From Rhizomicrobium sp. (GTDB lineage Bacteria > Pseudomonadota > Alphaproteobacteria > Micropepsales > Micropepsaceae): DNA of 64,000 nucleotides. The position numbers were made by a program, and so were the translations under genes. Below the pieces are notes generated by a model that was not told where the DNA came from, made no database searches, and saw only the letters and a program-made list of their open reading frames with translations. The stretch is taken from assembly GCA_035547275.1 (NCBI GenBank), contig DASZVQ010000079.1:25653-89652 (forward strand), given 5' to 3'. Shown here piece by piece: positions 59,584-64,000 of the stretch (positions within the stretch are counted from its first letter, which is position 1; every line of letters starts with the position of its first letter).

Positions 59584-61347
59584 ATGGCAAAAACGGTCGG
59601 AGACTTTGTGCTCGAACGCCTGGCGGTTTGGGGCGTCGAGCGCGTGTTTGGCTATCCCGGCGATGGCATCAACGGCATTTCCTCCGCCCTGGGACGGCAG
59701 GACAAGATTTCCTTTATCCAGGCGCGGCATGAGGAAGAGGCGGCTTTCATGGCTTCGGGCCACGCCAAGCTGACAGGCAAGGTCGGCGTCTGTCTTGCCA
59801 CCAGCGGACCTGGCGCCATCCACCTGCTCAACGGTCTTTACGATGCCAAGCTCGATCGCAAGCCAGTGGTGGCCATTGTCGGCCAATCGGCGCGCATGGC
59901 GTTGGGCGGACATTTCCAGCAGGAAGTCGATCTGCTGTCGCTGTTTAAGGATGTCGCCGGCGATTTTGTACAGGTCTGTACCATGGCCGGACAGGCGCGC
60001 CAGCTGATCGACCGCGCGTTCCGCATCGCCAAATCGCAGCGCACGGTAACCGCGGTGATCTTTCCCAATGACGTGCAGGAATTGAAGGCGGCCGAGCCCT
60101 CGACGGGCCATGGCAGTATTCACACAGGCGCGGACTTCCGTACGCCGCTGATCGTGCCCAATTCTGACGACCTGTGGCAGGCGGCCGAGATCCTGAACAA
60201 AAGTGAGAAAGTCGCGATGCTGGTCGGCGCCGGCGCATGGAACGCGCCGGATGCGGTGATCGCGGTCGCCGAGCGGCTGCAGGCCGGCTTCGCCAAGGCG
60301 CTGCTGGCAAAGGCGGTCTTGCCCGATGACCTGCCGTTTTCCACCGGTCAGATCGGCCTGTTGGGAACCAGGGCATCCTGGGAGCTGATGCGCGGCTGCG
60401 ATACGTTTCTGATGATCGGCTCGACCTTCCCCTATTCGGAATTCCTGCCCAAGGAAGGCCAGGCCAAATGCGTGCAAATCGACATCGATCCGGCAATGCT
60501 GTCGCTGCGCTATCCCGCCGATGTCGCCCTGGTCGGCGATGCGGGCGAGACGTTGCGGGCGCTGCTGCCGCTCCTGAATCAGAAGACGCGCGGGACATGG
60601 CGTGAAACCATTGAAAAGAATGTCGCGGCGATGTGGGAGGAGGAGGGCAAGAAGGCGCATATCGAGGCACAGCCGCTGAACCCCGAGCTGTTTTTCTGGG
60701 AATTGAGCGACAGGCTGCCGGCCGATGCGGTGATCGCGGCCGATACCGGCATGTCCACCACCTTCTTCGCCCGCGCGGTCAAGATGAAGCGCGGCATGAA
60801 GACCGTCATCAGTGGCACCCTGGCCAGCATGGGGCCGGCGGTCAGCTATGCGCTCGCCGCGAAATTCGCTTTTCCGGACCGCCCCGCGATTGCTTTTGTC
60901 GGCGATGGCGCCATGCAGATGCTGGGCATGAATGGCCTGATCACGGCGGCGAAATATTACCGGCGCTGGTCCGATCCGCGGCTGATCATTGCCGTGCTCA
61001 ACAACAGGGACCTCAACATGGTGTCCTGGGAGCTGCGCGCATTGGGCGGATCGCCGAAAGTGACGGCGACCCAGGACCTGCCGGATATCGACTATGCCGC
61101 GCAAGCCGCATTGCTGGGTCTGAAAGGGCTGACGGTGGCCCGACCGGGCGATGTGGCGCGGGCCTGGGATGAGGCGCTTTCGGCCGATCGGCCAGTGGTG
61201 ATCGATGTGAAGGCCGATCCCAATGTGATCGCGCTGCCGCCCCATGCCAGTCTCGAACAGACCAGAAATCTTTTTCTGGCATTGGCGCGGGGCGACAGCG
61301 ATCGCGGCGCCATTCTGGATCAGTTGATCAAGCAACTCGCGGCATAG
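59584..61347 (+). CDS. Thiamine pyrophosphate-requiring enzyme (pyruvate oxidase/decarboxylase-like)
   Basis: FGYPGDGIN, QARHEEEAAFMA, TSGPGAIHLLNGLYDA, GDGAMQM...NN TPP-binding motif. Confidence 0.9.
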   Translation: MAKTVGDFVLERLAVWGVERVFGYPGDGINGISSALGRQDKISFIQARHEEEAAFMASGHAKLTGKVGVCLATSGPGAIHLLNGLYDAKLDRKPVVAIVGQSARMALGGHFQQEVDLLSLFKDVAGDFVQVCTMAGQARQLIDRAFRIAKSQRTVTAVIFPNDVQELKAAEPSTGHGSIHTGADFRTPLIVPNSDDLWQAAEILNKSEKVAMLVGAGAWNAPDAVIAVAERLQAGFAKALLAKAVLPDDLPFSTGQIGLLGTRASWELMRGCDTFLMIGSTFPYSEFLPKEGQAKCVQIDIDPAMLSLRYPADVALVGDAGETLRALLPLLNQKTRGTWRETIEKNVAAMWEEEGKKAHIEAQPLNPELFFWELSDRLPADAVIAADTGMSTTFFARAVKMKRGMKTVISGTLASMGPAVSYALAAKFAFPDRPAIAFVGDGAMQMLGMNGLITAAKYYRRWSDPRLIIAVLNNRDLNMVSWELRALGGSPKVTATQDLPDIDYAAQAALLGLKGLTVARPGDVARAWDEALSADRPVVIDVKADPNVIALPPHASLEQTRNLFLALARGDSDRGAILDQLIKQLAA

Positions 61348-61357
61348 GAGACGGACA

Positions 61358-62275
61358 ATGGATAGGGACGAAGGCGCTTTTGCGCATGGACATGAAACAT
61401 TGGCCGATCCGCGCGAGAAATATCCCAAGCCGCCTTTCAAGAAACAGAAGCAGCCCTGGCCGGGTCTGGCCTGCAGGATGGCGCCGCCACCGGACCATGG
61501 CGAGGAAAGCTACAAAGGCTCGGGCCGGCTGCTGGGCCGCAAGGCGCTGATCACCGGCGGCGACAGCGGCATGGGCCGCGCCGCGGCGATTGCCTTTGCC
61601 CGCGAAGGCGCCGATGTGGTGATCAATCATCTGCCAGCCGAGCAGGAAGACGCCGATCAGGTGCTGGCGCTCATCACCGATTGTGGTCGCAGAGGTTTCT
61701 CAATTCCGGGCGATCTGCGCGAGGAAGCCTTCTGCCAGAAGCTGGTCGAACTGGCGGTCGAGAAGTTGGGCGGCTTGGATATCGTGGTCAGCAACGCGGC
61801 GCGCCAGCAGAGCTGTGAATCCTTTGTCGATATTTCTTCCGAGGAATTCGACGCCACGATGAAAACCAACATTTATGCGCCATTCTGGCTCTTGAAGGCG
61901 GCGGTGCCCCATCTGAAACCGGGCGCGGCGATCATCGCCACCACGTCGGAGCAGGCTTATGACCCGACCGCCGAACTGTACGACTATGCCCAGACCAAAG
62001 CCGCGACCATGAATTTCGTGAAATCGCTGGCCAAGCAACTTGGCAAGAAGGGCATTCGTGTCAATGGCGTGGCGCCCGGTCCGATCTGGACGCCGTTGCA
62101 GGTCAGTGGCGGCGCGAGCATGGAGAAGCTTGAGAAATTCGGCGGCCAGACGCCGTTGGGCCGCCCCGGCCAGCCCGCCGAGCTGGCCTCGATCTATGTG
62201 CAACTGGCTGCGAGCGACGCCAGCTTTGCCAACGGCCAGGTCTATGGCGCCGCGGGCGGCAGCGGTCAGCCATAA
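61358..62275 (+). CDS. SDR family oxidoreductase (YghA/general stress protein type)
   Basis: PDHGEESYKGSGRL, TGGDSGMG, YAQTK, GPIWTPL, GRPGQPAE. Confidence 0.92.
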   Translation: MDRDEGAFAHGHETLADPREKYPKPPFKKQKQPWPGLACRMAPPPDHGEESYKGSGRLLGRKALITGGDSGMGRAAAIAFAREGADVVINHLPAEQEDADQVLALITDCGRRGFSIPGDLREEAFCQKLVELAVEKLGGLDIVVSNAARQQSCESFVDISSEEFDATMKTNIYAPFWLLKAAVPHLKPGAAIIATTSEQAYDPTAELYDYAQTKAATMNFVKSLAKQLGKKGIRVNGVAPGPIWTPLQVSGGASMEKLEKFGGQTPLGRPGQPAELASIYVQLAASDASFANGQVYGAAGGSGQP

Positions 62276-62328
62276 TAGAGCGCCCGGGATTGCCGCAATC
62301 CCCGCAAGCGGACAGAAGCTGACGGTGT

Positions 62329-62721
62329 CTAGCGGCCCGGCGGGCTCACGATGCAGCAGGCAACGGGCGCGTTCTCATCCCAATGCCAGCTCGCGCATAT
62401 CCGATGTTGGCCGTCCGCGATCGTCAAGGTCACGCCGTTTTTGGCATCGCCACGAACCAGCAGGACCGGCGAAAGCGGTTTGCCTTTCTTGATCTTTTTC
62501 AGGTCTGCGGCGACATGCGGATTGTCCCGGTCCAGCAGATGCGTCTGGCTCGCGCGCAGCAGATCCTTGCCTTCGTGCTGGATCGTAGGCGCCCGGCGCA
62601 ATCGTTCGACAATGGCTCTGGCGTCCGTCTCGGAGAACAGCAGGCTGAGATATTTTTGCGCCGCCGAATAATCCTCTTTGTCGGGGCGCTTCTCCCATAT
62701 CTGAGAAGGTTTTTTTGCCAC
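62329..62721 (-). CDS. Hypothetical protein with ParB/Srx-like IADGQHR motif
   Basis: GGAG RBS and GTG start; KKIKKGKPLSPVLLVR...LTIADGQHRICA. Confidence 0.7.
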   Translation of the reverse strand: MAKKPSQIWEKRPDKEDYSAAQKYLSLLFSETDARAIVERLRRAPTIQHEGKDLLRASQTHLLDRDNPHVAADLKKIKKGKPLSPVLLVRGDAKNGVTLTIADGQHRICASWHWDENAPVACCIVSPPGR

Positions 62722-62737
62722 GCGTTACTCCTGCGGC

Positions 62738-62896
62738 TCACGCGTGTCCGACTGCGCCCAGCAGCCACAGAACCAGAAATATGACCAGCACCAGGCCAAG
62801 GATTCCGCCCACGCCGCCATAGCCCCAGCGGCTGTAGCCAAAGCCGCCACCGCCCAGGAGGATGATCAAAAGAACGATAATCAGAAGTGTGCTCAT
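62738..62896 (-). CDS. Small Gly-rich membrane protein (DUF3309-like)
   Basis: GGAGGA RBS; MSTLLIIVLLIILLGGGGFGYSRWGYGGVGGILGLVLVIFLVLWLLG. Confidence 0.85.
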   Translation of the reverse strand: MSTLLIIVLLIILLGGGGFGYSRWGYGGVGGILGLVLVIFLVLWLLGAVGHA

Positions 62897-62925
62897 GAAA
62901 TCCTCCGGCACGATGGCTGGGCGGT

Positions 62926-62950
62926 AATCCGCCGCCGCCGGAAATGTTCC
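62926..62950 (-). promoter_or_regulatory. EcfG-type promoter GGAAC-N16-GATT
   Basis: Degenerate -10 element, upstream of the DUF3309-like gene. Confidence 0.5.
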
Positions 62951-63002
62951 GTGTTGCACCGCGTCGTGTTTGCGGTTGGTGTCCGCGGGACAATCGGACC
63001 CA

Positions 63003-63539
63003 TCAGGCTTTCCCGCGGAACCCGCGTATCAACTCCTCCAGATAAGGAACAATCGCGAGCGTCACAAACGCGCCCAACGGCGGAATAATCTCGCCCCAGC
63101 GCGGCATCTGTTTGGGTCCCAATGAGAAGTCGGCGTGTTGCGGCCCGAGGCCGAACAGGGCCAGGGCTTGTGGCCAATGGAGGGTCATGATCAGGAGCAG
63201 GGCTGCAAGGGGCAATATCTCCAGCGCGCTGTGAACCTGGTGCTCGAAGACGGTGACGCGCCGCGTGGACATGGCCAGCTTGAGGTCAAAATAGCCGGTC
63301 GCTTCATGCGCTATCAGACTCACGAGCATGACGCTCAGCACCAACGCATTGATGCGGAAGAAGACCGCCAGCCCCAGGGGCAAGATGATCTCGGCCAGCA
63401 TCAGCCAGTGGATGGCCGATTCCCGGACGCCGGTCGCGCATTCGATGTGGCTCGCACGGTGACAGAGATAGTCGAGAAAGCCGCTGATCACCCACAGCGG
63501 CAGCACACACCAGACCAGCACGTCCCAGACCGGCAGCAT
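63003..63539 (-). CDS. His-rich integral membrane protein of unknown function
   Basis: Several TM segments with DYLCHRASHIE, ESAIH, AHE, EHQVH..LE motifs. Confidence 0.75.
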   Translation of the reverse strand: MLPVWDVLVWCVLPLWVISGFLDYLCHRASHIECATGVRESAIHWLMLAEIILPLGLAVFFRINALVLSVMLVSLIAHEATGYFDLKLAMSTRRVTVFEHQVHSALEILPLAALLLIMTLHWPQALALFGLGPQHADFSLGPKQMPRWGEIIPPLGAFVTLAIVPYLEELIRGFRGKA

Positions 63540-63566
63540 GGAACCTTCATCTTTGCGGCGATTTTT

Positions 63567-63591
63567 GGAACGTTCGTGAGGCCGCCCGGTT
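63567..63591 (+). promoter_or_regulatory. EcfG-type promoter GGAAC-N16-GGTT
   Basis: Upstream of the Zn-dependent dehydrogenase. Confidence 0.7.
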
Positions 63592-63619
63592 CTCTCTCCA
63601 CTCAAGGAGATGTGGATGA

Positions 63620-64000
63620 ATGAAAGCAGTGGTCTATCACGGCAGGTGGGACATCCGCGTCGAGCAAGTTCCAGATCCGCGCATCGAGGCGTCCCGCGAC
63701 GCCATTGTCAAAGTCACCTCGACCGCGATCTGCGGTTCCGACCTTCATCTTTATGACGGCTATATTCCCGAAATGCACAAGGGCGACATCCTTGGCCATG
63801 AGTTCATGGGCGAGGTGGTCGAGGTTGGTTCGGAGAACAAGAAGCTCAAACCCGGTGATCGGGTCGTCGTGCCATTCAACATCTGCTGCGGCGAATGCTG
63901 GTTCTGCAGGAATGGTCAATGGTCGGTTTGCGAGCGCACCAATCGCACCGCCGACAACGCCAGGAAGATGTTCGGCCATGTCACGGCCGGCCTGTTCGGC
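63620..64000 (+). CDS. Zn-dependent alcohol/formaldehyde dehydrogenase (YbdR-like), partial at window end
   Basis: AAGGAG RBS; MKAVVYHG...[11 protein letters not shown]...GHEFMG...CGECWFC...C; absent from the ORF track because it is truncated. Confidence 0.92.
   Translation, partial: MKAVVYHGRWDIRVEQVPDPRIEASRDAIVKVTSTAICGSDLHLYDGYIPEMHKGDILGHEFMGEVVEVGSENKKLKPGDRVVVPFNICCGECWFCRNGQWSVCERTNRTADNARKMFGHVTAGLFG

Noticed and set aside
62329-62721. DGQHR motif as evidence of a Dnd phosphorothioation system
   Set aside because: The protein is too small and no dnd or ssp genes are nearby; kept only as a ParB/Srx-like fold hint.

Overview
High-GC bacterial chromosomal segment, almost certainly alphaproteobacterial (btaAB, cobalamin-riboswitch metE, multiple TonB-dependent receptors, EcfG-type promoters). 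No rRNA, tRNA, CRISPR, prophage or IS was recognised. In order: tamB-tamA with an FkbM methyltransferase; an orphan RND pump; two TonB-dependent receptors (TBDRs); a LysR gene divergent from an uncharacterised periplasmic redox operon (DsbD-N-like protein, CxxCH protein, TlpA-like thioredoxin); btaAB; queH and metE divergent around a B12 riboswitch; a TetR-controlled tripartite MFS efflux system; a complete anhydro-MurNAc/GlcNAc catabolic locus (nagK-like, nagA, nagB-II, anmK, TBDR, SSS, murQ, GntR) with NagQ-like operators; a MarR-controlled efflux pair; an ECF sigma-FecR-TBDR module whose receptor has a second internal signal peptide and a frameshift; and a ~13 kb general-stress island with about ten GGAAC-N16/17-CGTT-type promoters. 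The best candidates for something new are (1) the TBDR + DsbD-N/CxxCH/TlpA module, whose two promoters share a 19-bp motif, and (2) the dual-signal-peptide TonB-dependent transducer. All calls come from motif recognition by eye; no database searches were run.
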